DNA of 63,278 bases, the filler included, from Actinomycetota bacterium (GTDB lineage: Bacteria > Actinomycetota > Acidimicrobiia > IMCC26256 > VFJJ01), in the NCBI GenBank assembly GCA_009886115.1. It is 4 parts of 4 records of this genome, joined end to end, with 100 filler letters (N's around TTAATTAATTAA, not from the genome) between each part and the next. Parts side by side here need not be neighbours in the genome. Positions count along the whole stretch, not along the records: positions 28,331 to 59,913 come from VFJJ01000166.1; 3 more parts are not named here. The stretch is one strand, 5' to 3'. The position numbers and the translations under genes were made by a program. The notes beneath the pieces were generated by a model. That model saw nothing but the letters and a program-made list of their open reading frames with translations, had not been told where the DNA came from and did not search any database. Shown here in pieces: positions 44,818-54,936 of the stretch. How positions within the stretch are numbered: position 1 is the stretch's first letter; each line of letters starts with the position of its first letter.

Positions 44818-47800
44818 ATGGATGGTGATCGCCGTCAAGACACCGTTGCGTTCCCGGCCGCCGCGGGAGAGGCCCGCTCCGGGCAGCTCGACCGGATGCA
44901 CATGGGGAGCTCGTCAGCGCACGCGACGTTTCACTGGCTCTGCGTCGGTCCGCTCGATCTCGAGGCGTTGAGGGCCGCCTGGTACGACGCGGTGCTGCGA
45001 CGTGAGCCGCTGTGCGCGACGCTCGCCGAGCGTTCGACGGATGTCGATCAGATCGTGCTCCGACCCGACATGGCGCTCTTCGATGTCGAGCGAGCAGCTT
45101 CGTCCGGAAGCGTCGACGAGCGCGAAGACGACCGCGTGCTCGCCTGGTTCGAGCAGCTCCGAAGCCGACCGTTCGATCTGATTCGCGGACCGCTCGCCCG
45201 CGCCCGGGTCCTGGTCCTCGAGCCGCACCGGCATTGCCTGACGATCGCGGTGCACCAGGCCATCAGCGATGCCTTCTCGGAAGCAGCGCTCGTTCGCGAT
45301 CTCGTGGCCGCGTACGAGGTCCGGCTCCTCGGCCGGTCGCCCGAATGGTCGCCTCTCGCCGAGAGCTACTTCGAGCGAGCGCGCGGGGAGCGGTCCGGCG
45401 GAGGTACGCAGGCCGAGCTGCTCGGTGAGGTCCTGGCTCGGATCGACGGAGCTCCGACGGTGCTGGAGCTCCCGTTCGATCGTCGGCGCCCCGCGATCGA
45501 GGAATCGGGGTCCGTTTCCAACGCTGTGGTCATCGGTCGAGATCTGGTCGATCGGCTCACCGCCCTGACCCGCCGCGTCGGTGTTCAGCCCTCGGTGCCG
45601 TACCTCGCTGCGATCGCGCTTGTGGTCCGAGGATGGAGCGGAGAGGACGACTTCCTGCTCGGGCTGCCGGTCAGCAGCGGCGATTCGGCCTCCGGGCCGG
45701 TGGTCGGTTGCTTCACGAACCTGGCAGTCGTGAGGGTCGAGCTGCGTGGCGCCCCGAACACTCCCGAGTTGCTCACCCGGCTCGATCGAGCACTCGAGGC
45801 TGCGCTGGCGCAGGCTTCGGTTCCGATGGACGAGCTGCTCGCGGCGGCCAGGCTGCCGATGGATTCGAGCCGGCCCCCTCTCGTCCAGATCGCCGTTGAC
45901 TTCGCGACAGCGTCGAACGCTGTCGGCTCAGCTGACGGCTTGTCCCTGCACCGCATCTCCGAGCGCTTCGGTCGTGCCGTCACCGACCTCGACGTCAACA
46001 TCCGACGCTGTCTCGACTCGGACGGCGACTCGACCATGAGGGTCACGGGGAAGGCCGCGCTGTTCGACCAGTGCACGGTGAATCGGTTCGGTGAGCATTG
46101 TGTGCATGTCCTCGAACAGATCGCTGCTCATGACGACCTGTCCATAGCTCGCATCGAGCTCATGCGGTCCGCCGAGGCGCAGATCGTCGCGTCGTATGGT
46201 CGGGGGCCAGAGCCCTCTGTCGAGCGGCCGTTCGACGTGCCCGACCTCATCGACCGGGTGGCTTCCGAGCACCCCACAGCTCTCGCTCTGGTTGGGCCTG
46301 ACGAATCGCGCTGGACCTACCGCGAGCTCGACGTGTGCGTCGCGGCCAGAGCCGAGGAGTTGCGAAGCCTCGGTGTCGGCCCCGGCCGGTTGGTCGGCGT
46401 GCATGTCGATCAGCCGTTCGAAGCCATCGTCGCCGTCCTGGCCACGTGGAGGGCCGGAGGGGCCTATGTACCCCTCCCCGTCGATGCCGAGTATCGAGCT
46501 GCCATGATCATGGCTGAGGCCGCGCCGATCGCGGTGGTCTCGGGTTCGTCAGTTGAGCCCGTCCCGTCCGAGCCCCGGCTCGCTCGCCCGGACCTCGCAG
46601 CGGTGATCTACACGAGTGGCTCGACCGGGCTGCCGAAAGGCGTGTGCGTCACGCGAGGCAGCCTGGCGGCGTCGAACGCAGCTCGGCTGCAGCTCTACGG
46701 CACCGCGCCCGAGACGATCGTCTTCGGCTACTCCTTGGTCTTCGACGCCGCGCTGGTTCCCCTGCTGTGGACGTTGACCACCGGTGGGACGTTGATCGTT
46801 CCCCCCCTCGAACGGCGCGCGGATCCTCGGCTGCTGGGCACGCTGGCCGAGGCTCATGGCGTGACGGCCTTCAACCTGTTGCCGAGCGTCTGGGCGGCGG
46901 TGCTCGAGTACGTGGGACCCGCACGACTCGCGACCCTGCGGATGGTGGTCGTGGGGGGAGAGAGTTGCACTCCGTCGCTGGTGAGGCGCCACTTCGCAAC
47001 GCTCCCCGCCTGCCGACTCATCAACGAGTACGGACCAACAGAGGCGACCGTCTTCGCAACGACCCACGAGTGTCGACCCGAGGACTCCCATCGCGAGACG
47101 ATTCCCATCGGCCGGCCGATCCCCGGGTACGGGGTGGTGGTGCTCGACCCGGTCGGCCAGCCGACACCGATCGGCGTGCCGGGCGAGCTCGTGATCTCCG
47201 GGCCCGGCGTGACCGCGGGCTACCTCGACCGGCCCGAGCTCACGGGCGATCGCTTCCGAGCGCACCCTGGCCCCTGGACTGACGAGCACGCGGCGAGCGA
47301 GCCGGGCTCGACGGCCTACTGGAGCGGCGACAGGGCCCGCTTTCTCGCCGACGGGAGCGTCGAGTTCCTCGGCCGGGTCGATCGCCAGCTCAAGGTGTCG
47401 GGTCATCGCATCGAGCCCGGCGAGATCGAGGCCGTCCTCCTCGAGCACCCTGCGGTGAAGGCGGTCGTCGTCGGTCTGGCGCCGTCGGGGGACAGCGAGC
47501 GCCTGGTGGCGCACGTCGAGTGTGCAGGCGGCCTCGACTCGGCGACCCTCGCCGGCCATGTGGGTTCGCGGCTGCCGGCCGCGTTGGTCCCGGGGACCTT
47601 CGTCTTCCATCTCAGCCTGCCTCGAACCCCGTCGGGGAAGGTCGACCCGGCCATCCTCGCGACCCCTCTGGACTCGGTCGAGACGGAAACGATCGTCGAT
47701 GGGGACGCCAACGGGGCACGGACCAAGGCCGTCACGAACACCGAGCAACGACTGGCCCTGATGTTCGAGGAGGTCCTGGGCAGGCCGGTCGGCGCCGCCG

Positions 47801-48735
47801 TCGAGTTCTTCTCTGCCGGTGGAACCTCCATCCTGTCGCTGCGCTTGTTCGCACACATCGAACGCGAGCTCGGGATCGATCTCCCGCTTGCGACGCTCTA
47901 CAGGGCACCGACCATCGAGAAGCTGGCCCGAGTGATCGACGAGCTCGGCCCGCCCGACTGGCGATCTCTCGTGCTGCTCAGCCAACCGTCTGCAGGCCGG
48001 TACGACGGCGCTCCCGACGGTCGGGCCCCCGACTGCGGGCCCATCGTCTTCGTGCACGGATTGGGTGGCAACATCACGGGCTTCGCCAGTCTCGCCCGCC
48101 GGCTCGGGGTCGACCACGTCTGCTACGCGATGCAGTCGGGCGGTCTCGACGGTCGGGGCATTCCGTACGGCTCGGTCGACGAGCTCGCAGCACAGGCCGC
48201 GGCCGAGATCGCCCGGACCGTTCCTCCAGGGCCGTGCGTGATCGTGGGCCTGTCGTTCGGTGGAGTGGTGTCGTGCGAGATCGCCCTCGATCTCGTCGGG
48301 CGCGGCTACCGACCTCGGATCGTGATGCTCGACGCAACCGCTCCCGGCAACCCGACGTTGCCGGAGACGCTCAGAGGCCGTCTGCTTGAAGAGGCGCGGC
48401 GCCTCCAGTTCCGGTTCCAGCTCCTCGCCGGGCGGCCCATCGCGCTGATGAGACGGAAGCAGTACATCTTCCTGGCGCATGCCCGTCTCTTCGAACGTCA
48501 CCCGGTTCGCACGTTCCACCTCCCGCTCACGTTGCTCCACACGGACGACCTGCCCGAGGACGATCAGAACGGCTGGCGATCGGTCGCGGCGGCAGGCTTG
48601 GAGCTGTATCGGGTCCCAGGCGACCATTCCAGCTTCCTCACTGAGCCCCTCGTGGCCGAGACCGCGCAGATCGTCTCCCAGGTCATCGATCAGGGACGGG
48701 CACGGCTCCGGGTGGAACCTCTCGCCCGACCGTGA
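44818..48735 (+). CDS. Single-module NRPS, C*-A-T-TE (copy 2, degenerate C motif); start uncertain
   Basis: C: HQAISDA; A: YTSGSTGLPKG, NEYGPTE, YWSGD, SGKVD; T: FFSAGGTS; TE: GLSFGG, PGDH; colinear with copy 1. Confidence 0.9.
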   Translation: MDGDRRQDTVAFPAAAGEARSGQLDRMHMGSSSAHATFHWLCVGPLDLEALRAAWYDAVLRREPLCATLAERSTDVDQIVLRPDMALFDVERAASSGSVDEREDDRVLAWFEQLRSRPFDLIRGPLARARVLVLEPHRHCLTIAVHQAISDAFSEAALVRDLVAAYEVRLLGRSPEWSPLAESYFERARGERSGGGTQAELLGEVLARIDGAPTVLELPFDRRRPAIEESGSVSNAVVIGRDLVDRLTALTRRVGVQPSVPYLAAIALVVRGWSGEDDFLLGLPVSSGDSASGPVVGCFTNLAVVRVELRGAPNTPELLTRLDRALEAALAQASVPMDELLAAARLPMDSSRPPLVQIAVDFATASNAVGSADGLSLHRISERFGRAVTDLDVNIRRCLDSDGDSTMRVTGKAALFDQCTVNRFGEHCVHVLEQIAAHDDLSIARIELMRSAEAQIVASYGRGPEPSVERPFDVPDLIDRVASEHPTALALVGPDESRWTYRELDVCVAARAEELRSLGVGPGRLVGVHVDQPFEAIVAVLATWRAGGAYVPLPVDAEYRAAMIMAEAAPIAVVSGSSVEPVPSEPRLARPDLAAVIYTSGSTGLPKGVCVTRGSLAASNAARLQLYGTAPETIVFGYSLVFDAALVPLLWTLTTGGTLIVPPLERRADPRLLGTLAEAHGVTAFNLLPSVWAAVLEYVGPARLATLRMVVVGGESCTPSLVRRHFATLPACRLINEYGPTEATVFATTHECRPEDSHRETIPIGRPIPGYGVVVLDPVGQPTPIGVPGELVISGPGVTAGYLDRPELTGDRFRAHPGPWTDEHAASEPGSTAYWSGDRARFLADGSVEFLGRVDRQLKVSGHRIEPGEIEAVLLEHPAVKAVVVGLAPSGDSERLVAHVECAGGLDSATLAGHVGSRLPAALVPGTFVFHLSLPRTPSGKVDPAILATPLDSVETETIVDGDANGARTKAVTNTEQRLALMFEEVLGRPVGAAVEFFSAGGTSILSLRLFAHIERELGIDLPLATLYRAPTIEKLARVIDELGPPDWRSLVLLSQPSAGRYDGAPDGRAPDCGPIVFVHGLGGNITGFASLARRLGVDHVCYAMQSGGLDGRGIPYGSVDELAAQAAAEIARTVPPGPCVIVGLSFGGVVSCEIALDLVGRGYRPRIVMLDATAPGNPTLPETLRGRLLEEARRLQFRFQLLAGRPIALMRRKQYIFLAHARLFERHPVRTFHLPLTLLHTDDLPEDDQNGWRSVAAAGLELYRVPGDHSSFLTEPLVAETAQIVSQVIDQGRARLRVEPLARP

Positions 48736-48828
48736 TCTACACTGCCCGCTCGCGCCGCGACCGCACGTCGTCGGCGCTCCCGGTCATCCGGTATCCCGTG
48801 AACACCGAATCGCAGAGGTTGGACGCGC

Positions 48829-49131
48829 ATGTACGCGGTCATCGCCACCGGCGGCAAGCAGTACAAGGTCTCCCAGGGTGACATCATCGATGTCGAGCGC
48901 CTGTCGGGCGAGCAGCTGAGCTTCTCCCCGGTGCTGGTGGTCGACGGTGACAACGTGATGGCGACGCAGACGGCGTTGTCGAATGCGACCGTGAAGGCCA
49001 AGGTCGTGGGCGACGCCCTCGGGCCCAAGATCATCGGCTTCACGTACAAGAACAAGACCAACCAGCGCAAGCGTTGGGGTCACCGCCAGCAGTACACCCG
49101 TATCGAGATCACCTCGATCACCAAGGGCTGA
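48829..49131 (+). CDS. rplU: 50S ribosomal protein L21
   Basis: [21 protein letters not shown]. Confidence 0.98.
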   Translation: MYAVIATGGKQYKVSQGDIIDVERLSGEQLSFSPVLVVDGDNVMATQTALSNATVKAKVVGDALGPKIIGFTYKNKTNQRKRWGHRQQYTRIEITSITKG

Positions 49132-49141
49132 GGAGCGCGCC

Positions 49142-49414
49142 ATGTCGAAGAAGAAGGGTGCGGCCTCGTCCCGCAACGGTCGCGATTCCAACGCCCAGCG
49201 CTTGGGCGTCAAGGTCTACGACGGCACCGTCATCACGGCCGGATCGATCATCATCCGCCAGCGGGGCACCCGGTTCCACCCGGGTCAGAACGTCGGGCTC
49301 GGCCGCGACGACACGCTGTTCGCTCTGGCTCCGGGTTCGGTGAAGTTCGGTCGTCGAGGCGGTCGTCGCGTCGTCGACGTGCGCCCGGTCGAGGCCGACG
49401 CCAGCGCCAACTGA
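49142..49414 (+). CDS. rpmA: 50S ribosomal protein L27
   Basis: [28 protein letters not shown]. Confidence 0.98.
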   Translation: MSKKKGAASSRNGRDSNAQRLGVKVYDGTVITAGSIIIRQRGTRFHPGQNVGLGRDDTLFALAPGSVKFGRRGGRRVVDVRPVEADASAN

Positions 49415-49505
49415 CTGTGACCGCAGGCTCGGGCCCCGGTCACTCCGGGCGCGTCGGCCCCGGGTCGCGCTCTGCCCGGGGCTCCTCGCTGAGATCGAGC
49501 GTCTG

Positions 49506-50807
49506 ATGTCCGATTTCGTCGACGAGGTCCAGGTCAACCTCCGTGGAGGTGACGGTGGCGCCGGCTGCGTCTCGTTCCGCCGCGAGCCCCACGTTCCCCA
49601 TGGGGGGCCCGACGGCGGCGACGGAGGCCGTGGCGGCGACGTGTGGTTGATCGCCGACCGCAACACCGCTTCGCTCCTGGCGTTTCGCGATCACCCGCAC
49701 CGCAGGGCGACCTCGGGCAAGCACGGTTCGGGCAAGCGCCAGCACGGCGCGGGCGGCGAAGACCTGATGGTCCACGTTCCCGTGGGCTCGGTGGTCAAGA
49801 CCCGTGAGGGCTCGGTGCTCGCCGACCTCACCCATGACGCCGACCGCTTCCTCGCCGTGCACGGAGGTCAGGGAGGCAAGGGCAACGCTCGCTTCCTGTC
49901 GAACTCCCGGCGGGCACCGAGCTTCGCCGAGCAGGGCGAGTACGGCGAGGACGAGTGGCTCCGCATCGAGCTCAAGCTCCTGGCCGACGCCGCGCTCGTG
50001 GGCTTCCCCAACGCCGGCAAGTCGACGCTCATCGCCGCGCTGAGCGCCTCCCGGCCCAAGATCGCCGATTACCCCTTCACGACCCTGATCCCGAACCTGG
50101 GCGTGGTGCGCTTCGGCGAGCACGAGTTCGTGCTGGCCGACATCCCTGGGCTCATCGAAGGCGCAGCCGATGGACGGGGTCTCGGGCACCAGTTCTTGCG
50201 CCACATCGAGCGGGCCCGGGTGATGGTGGTGCTGGTCGACCTGGCCTCACTCGAGCACACGCCCGAGGAGCAGGAGCGGATCCTGCTCTCCGAGCTCGGC
50301 AAGTACCGCCCCGAGCTGATCGACCGGCCTCGACTGGTGGTCGGGAGCCGGGCCGACGTGGCCGTCCACGAGTACGACGGCGAACTGTCGATCTCGGCCG
50401 TCACCCGGTCGAACCTCGACCGCTTCCAGGGTGAGGTCGCCCGTCTCGTCGAGGAGGCCCGCGCCGCCGAGCCCGCGAACGAGGGTTTCGTGGTGCTGCG
50501 GCCCGAGCAGCGGGGGCTCGTCGTCGAACGCGACGAGGACGGCGTGTGGCGGGTGCACGGACGTGCCGCAGAGCGGACCGTCGCCATGATGGACCTCAAC
50601 AACCCCGAGGCGATGGCCTACGTGCAGCACCGACTCCGCCGTCTCGGCGTCGAGAAGCTGCTGGCCAAGGCGGGGGCGAAACAGGGCGACGTCGTGCGGG
50701 TCGGGCCGGTCGAGATGGAGTACGTCGACGCCGACTACATCGGAGAGGCGCGCGACGCCCGGCGCCACGGCGAGACCGACCAGGATCTGCGGGATCGGTA
50801 CCGGTGA
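49506..50807 (+). CDS. obgE: GTPase ObgE
   Basis: GGPDGGDGG.GG, VGFPNAGKST, DYPFTTL.PNLG, DIPGLIEGA, C-terminal OCT-like domain. Confidence 0.97.
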   Translation: MSDFVDEVQVNLRGGDGGAGCVSFRREPHVPHGGPDGGDGGRGGDVWLIADRNTASLLAFRDHPHRRATSGKHGSGKRQHGAGGEDLMVHVPVGSVVKTREGSVLADLTHDADRFLAVHGGQGGKGNARFLSNSRRAPSFAEQGEYGEDEWLRIELKLLADAALVGFPNAGKSTLIAALSASRPKIADYPFTTLIPNLGVVRFGEHEFVLADIPGLIEGAADGRGLGHQFLRHIERARVMVVLVDLASLEHTPEEQERILLSELGKYRPELIDRPRLVVGSRADVAVHEYDGELSISAVTRSNLDRFQGEVARLVEEARAAEPANEGFVVLRPEQRGLVVERDEDGVWRVHGRAAERTVAMMDLNNPEAMAYVQHRLRRLGVEKLLAKAGAKQGDVVRVGPVEMEYVDADYIGEARDARRHGETDQDLRDRYR

Positions 50808-50859
50808 GCGGCACACCCGCGCTCACCGGGCGGTGGTGGGTGGTCGGCGGCTGCCGCCG

Positions 50860-51942
50860 ATGATCGCCGTGGTGAAGGTAGGGACGTCGTCGCTCACCGA
50901 CGCCGCCGGCAATCTCGACCGCGCAGCCATGGCGACCCTGGCCGATGAGATCGCCGGTGCTCGGGCCCGAGGCGACGACGTCGTCCTCGTGAGCTCGGGA
51001 GCCATCGCTGCCGGGTTGACGCCGCTGGGGCTGCCCGAGCGGCCCACCGACGTCGGGGTGCTGCAGGCGATCGCCGCGGTCGGCCAGCCGCTGCTGATGG
51101 CCGAGTGGTCGGGCGTGTTCGCAACACACGGCATCGTCGCCGGTCAGCTCCTGCTCACCCCGTACGACTTCTTGCACCGGTCCCAGTACCTGCACGCCCG
51201 GGCCACGCTGCGGCGTCTGTTCGACCTGGGCGTCCTGCCCATCGTCAACGAGAACGACACCATCGCCGACGATGAGATCCGCTTCGGTGACAACGACCGC
51301 ATCGCCGCACTGGTGGCGCACCTGGTGAGCGCCGACGTGCTCGTGCTCCTCACCGATCAGGCCGGGCTGTACACCGCCGATCCCCGCCGCCACGACGACG
51401 CCCGGTTGATCGAGGTGGCCGACCTCGAGGCCGAGCTCGAGTCGCTCGCTGGCGGGACCGGGACCGCGCGTGGTAGCGGCGGCATGAGCTCGAAGGTCGT
51501 GGCCGCTCGCATCGCCGCCTGGTCGGGTGTGAGGGCCGTGATCGCCGCGGCGCACAGGCCCGGGGTGATCGCGGGCGCGCTCGCCGGAGAACCCGTCGGC
51601 ACCACCGTGCTTGCACGCCCGCGACGGATGGCGTCGCGCAAGCTGTGGATCGCGTTCGCTCAAGGCGCAGCAGGACGGATCGTCGTCGACGAGGGTGCCC
51701 GGCGGGCTCTGCTCGAGGGCGCCAAGTCGTTGCTGCCGGCGGGCGTGCGCTCGATCGAGGGCGACTTCGAGGCCGAGGACGCCGTCGACATCGCGCTGGC
51801 CGACGGCCGGCCGTTCGCCCGGGGTCTCGTGCGCTACTCGGCTGCCGCGCTGCGCGCCGTGGCCGGCCGGCGGACCTCGGAGCTCCCCGAGGGCGCTCCC
51901 CACGAGGTCGTGCACCGCGACGACCTCGTCGAGCTCCCCTGA
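50860..51942 (+). CDS. proB: Glutamate 5-kinase
   Basis: VVKVGTSSL, VSSGAIAAG, NENDT, FGDND, GSGGMSSK, PUA domain. Confidence 0.96.
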   Translation: MIAVVKVGTSSLTDAAGNLDRAAMATLADEIAGARARGDDVVLVSSGAIAAGLTPLGLPERPTDVGVLQAIAAVGQPLLMAEWSGVFATHGIVAGQLLLTPYDFLHRSQYLHARATLRRLFDLGVLPIVNENDTIADDEIRFGDNDRIAALVAHLVSADVLVLLTDQAGLYTADPRRHDDARLIEVADLEAELESLAGGTGTARGSGGMSSKVVAARIAAWSGVRAVIAAAHRPGVIAGALAGEPVGTTVLARPRRMASRKLWIAFAQGAAGRIVVDEGARRALLEGAKSLLPAGVRSIEGDFEAEDAVDIALADGRPFARGLVRYSAAALRAVAGRRTSELPEGAPHEVVHRDDLVELP

Positions 51943-52149
51943 CCATTCGCTCGGGCTCCGGGTAACCAGCTGCGTCGGTGGCGGTGGTAGTGGTGGTAGC
52001 GGTGGCGGTGTCGGTGGCGGTGGTGTTCGGCGGTTACCGCCGGGTCGCTTTGACCGATGATGTGCCGGGGGTCACACTGGCGGCGAGAAGCAGTCGCAGT
52101 CGGCGTCCGGTCCGAGATGCCAGGTCAGCAGCAGTCACGAGGGGGACGC

Positions 52150-53949
52150 GTGGACACGCGCAACGAGCAGCAGATGCCGGCCGGTGAGATCGTCAGCCAG
52201 GGCCGGCTGGTGGGAGCGATGCCCGACCCGGCCCGACTGAGCCGTCGACGCTTCCTCCGCGCCAGCGCCGCCGCAGGTGTCGGCGCCGCGGCCCTGGTGG
52301 CCTGTGGCGACGACGACGACGGTCCGGCGACCGGGGGCGAGACGACCACGGGCACCGGCGCCCCGTCGACGACAGGCGGAGACACCGGCCCCACGGTGGC
52401 GGCGACCAACCCGACGGGGGCCGCGGCGGTCACGACCGAGGCCACGTTGGCCCCACTGCCCGATCCGATCCCTGGCGGCCGGCTCATCTACGGCCTCGAG
52501 GGCGAGAACTCACAGGGCTTCAACCCCACCACGGCTCGCTTCGGCCTGGCCGGCATCATGATCGGGCGGGCCATCTTCGACCCGCTGATGCTGCCCGACG
52601 ACACGGGGCACAATCAGCCGTTCCTGGCCGAGTCGGTGGCGCCCAACGCCGATTTCACCGAGTGGGTGATCACCCTCCGGCCGAACATCACGTTCCACGA
52701 CGGAACCCCGCTCAACTCCGCTGCACTCAAGGCGAACCTCGACGGCCACCTGGCCAGCTTCCTCACCCGCCAGGCGCTGCTCCCGGTGGCCTCGGTCGAC
52801 ATCGTCGACGATCTCACCACGTCGGTGAAGATGAACACGCCGTGGGCGGTGTTCGACAGCCTCCTGAGCGGGCAGTTCTCGTTCGTCGCGGCACCGTCCA
52901 TGTTGGCCGACGTCGACAACGGCGGGGCCAACCCTGTGGGTACCGGGCCGTTCATCTTCAAGGAGTGGCAGCTCGACAGCCACCTCATCGCCACCAAGAA
53001 CCCCAACTACTGGCGCGAGGGCCTGCCCTACCTCGAGGAGATCGAGTTCCGGCCGATCATCGACGTCGCCACCCGCACGGCGGCGCTCCGGGCCGGCGAC
53101 ATCGACCTGTACCACACGAACAACCCGGGCGAGATCGTCGAGTTCCGCGACGACGACAACTTCCAGGTCGCCGAGTCCGACGCCTACGCCGAGACCAACT
53201 ACGTGATGCTGAACACGGCCAAGCCTCCGTTCGACGACGTGACCGTCCGCCAAGCCCTGGCCTACGCCAGCAACGTCGAGGAGTTCAACACCATCCGCAA
53301 CAAGGGCATCGTGGCCGCGTCGAACGGGCCGTTCAGCCCGGGCCAGCTGGGCTTTCTCGAAGACAACGGCTACCCGCAGTTCGACCTCGACAAGGCCCAA
53401 GAGCTGCTCGCCGGGCGCGACATCACGTTCACCCTGGCCAGCACTCCCGACACCTTCAACGTCGAGAACAACAACCTGATGAAGGCGCAGTGGGAACGGG
53501 CCGGCTTCACGGTCGAGCTGGCGACCTTCGAGCAGGCCGCGCTCATCAACAATGCGCTGTTCGGCGATTTCGAGGCGTACTACTTCCGGCTCTACGGCGG
53601 TCTCGATCCCGACAACTACTACCACTTCCTGTCCGGAGCCAACGCCGGTGAGATCGGCGCCATCGCGCTCAACTTCGGTCGGTGGAAGAACGCCGAGTGG
53701 GATGATCTCATGAACCGGGGCCGGGCCAGTGGTGACCCGGCCGAGCGCAAGGAGATCTACGAGGCGGCCAACCGGGTGCACGCCAGCGACGTGCCGAACG
53801 TCTACTTCTTCTACACGCGCTGGGCGATCATCGCCAAGAACGACGTGGCCGACCTGGTGAAGTACGAGCTGCCCGACGGGGGCTTCAACCTGCCGCTCGA
53901 GATCGGCCGGCACCAGGTGGCGCAGCTCTGGGTGAACCCCGACGCCTGA
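52150..53949 (+). CDS. Peptide/nickel ABC transporter substrate-binding lipoprotein (family 5), Tat-exported
   Basis: SRRRFL Tat motif, LVAC lipobox, LRPNITFHDGTPL, PVGTGPF, KNPNYW, VRQALAYA. Confidence 0.9.
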   Translation: MDTRNEQQMPAGEIVSQGRLVGAMPDPARLSRRRFLRASAAAGVGAAALVACGDDDDGPATGGETTTGTGAPSTTGGDTGPTVAATNPTGAAAVTTEATLAPLPDPIPGGRLIYGLEGENSQGFNPTTARFGLAGIMIGRAIFDPLMLPDDTGHNQPFLAESVAPNADFTEWVITLRPNITFHDGTPLNSAALKANLDGHLASFLTRQALLPVASVDIVDDLTTSVKMNTPWAVFDSLLSGQFSFVAAPSMLADVDNGGANPVGTGPFIFKEWQLDSHLIATKNPNYWREGLPYLEEIEFRPIIDVATRTAALRAGDIDLYHTNNPGEIVEFRDDDNFQVAESDAYAETNYVMLNTAKPPFDDVTVRQALAYASNVEEFNTIRNKGIVAASNGPFSPGQLGFLEDNGYPQFDLDKAQELLAGRDITFTLASTPDTFNVENNNLMKAQWERAGFTVELATFEQAALINNALFGDFEAYYFRLYGGLDPDNYYHFLSGANAGEIGAIALNFGRWKNAEWDDLMNRGRASGDPAERKEIYEAANRVHASDVPNVYFFYTRWAIIAKNDVADLVKYELPDGGFNLPLEIGRHQVAQLWVNPDA

Positions 53950-53976
53950 CCGAGCTTCTCCGAGGGGTTGGGGACC

Positions 53977-54936
53977 ATGAGCTACTTCGCCCGCAAGATC
54001 GGCTTCCTCCTCATCGTGCTCGTGGCCGTCACGTTCCTCGCCGCGGCGCTCATCAGGCTGCTCCCGGGAGATCCGGCCACGGTGATCGCTGGGGCCAGCG
54101 GGGCCACGGAGGAGGAGCTCGATCAGGTGCGCGCCGACCTCGGGCTCGACGACCCGTTGCCCGTGCAATATGTCGGCTGGCTCGGCGATGCCGTGCAGCT
54201 CGATCTGGGCCGTTCGTACATCTCCAAGCTGGAGGTGCGCGACACCATCTCCGACCGGGCGCCGGTCTCGTTCCAGCTCATGCTCTACGCCCAGATCATC
54301 ACCCTGCTGATCGCGGTGCCCCTCGGGGTGTTCACGGCGTACAAGGCGGGCACCCGTTTCGACCGAACCGCCAACGGCATCACGTTCGCGTTCTTGTCGT
54401 TGCCGAACTTCGTGCTGGGGTTCCTGCTCATCTACCTGTTCGCGGTGAAGTGGAACCTGCTCCCGGCCTCCGACTACCAGCCCTTGAGCGACAGCATCGG
54501 CGGGAACCTCAAGGGGCTGCTGCTCCCGGCGCTCAGTCTCGGCCTCGGTCAGGTTGCCGTGTACTCCCGTCTGTTGAGGGTCGACATGATCGCCACGCTG
54601 CAGGAGGACTACGTGACGATGGCCAAGGCCAAGGGCCTGCCCATCCGGCGGGTGCTGTGGCGGCACGCCCTTCGCCCCTCGAGCCTCGGTCTGCTCACGG
54701 TCGTGGGCGTGAACGTCGGCTCGCTGATCGGCGGCGCCGTCGTGGTCGAGCAGGTCTTCCAGATCCCCGGCGTGGGCCTCGGGCTCATCGGCGCCATCCA
54801 GGCTCGCGACTACATCGTGTTGCAGGGCCTGGTGGCCTTCGTGGCCATCGTGTACGTGCTCGTCAACTTCAGCGTCGACGTCCTCTACGCCGTCCTCGAC
54901 CCGAGAGTGCGCCATGCCCGTGCCTCAGCAGCCTGA
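53977..54936 (+). CDS. ABC transporter permease (DppB/OppB-like)
   Basis: LPGDPA, LGLDDPLPVQY, DLGRS, DYVTMAKAKGL, PGVG. Confidence 0.92.
   Translation: MSYFARKIGFLLIVLVAVTFLAAALIRLLPGDPATVIAGASGATEEELDQVRADLGLDDPLPVQYVGWLGDAVQLDLGRSYISKLEVRDTISDRAPVSFQLMLYAQIITLLIAVPLGVFTAYKAGTRFDRTANGITFAFLSLPNFVLGFLLIYLFAVKWNLLPASDYQPLSDSIGGNLKGLLLPALSLGLGQVAVYSRLLRVDMIATLQEDYVTMAKAKGLPIRRVLWRHALRPSSLGLLTVVGVNVGSLIGGAVVVEQVFQIPGVGLGLIGAIQARDYIVLQGLVAFVAIVYVLVNFSVDVLYAVLDPRVRHARASAA

Noticed and set aside
40609..48828. NRPS pair as an integrative element
   Set aside because: No integrase, transposase, tRNA target or flanking direct repeats seen.
51977..52030. GGT/GGC-rich tract after proB
   Set aside because: Simple low-complexity intergenic sequence with no supportable ORF or structure.
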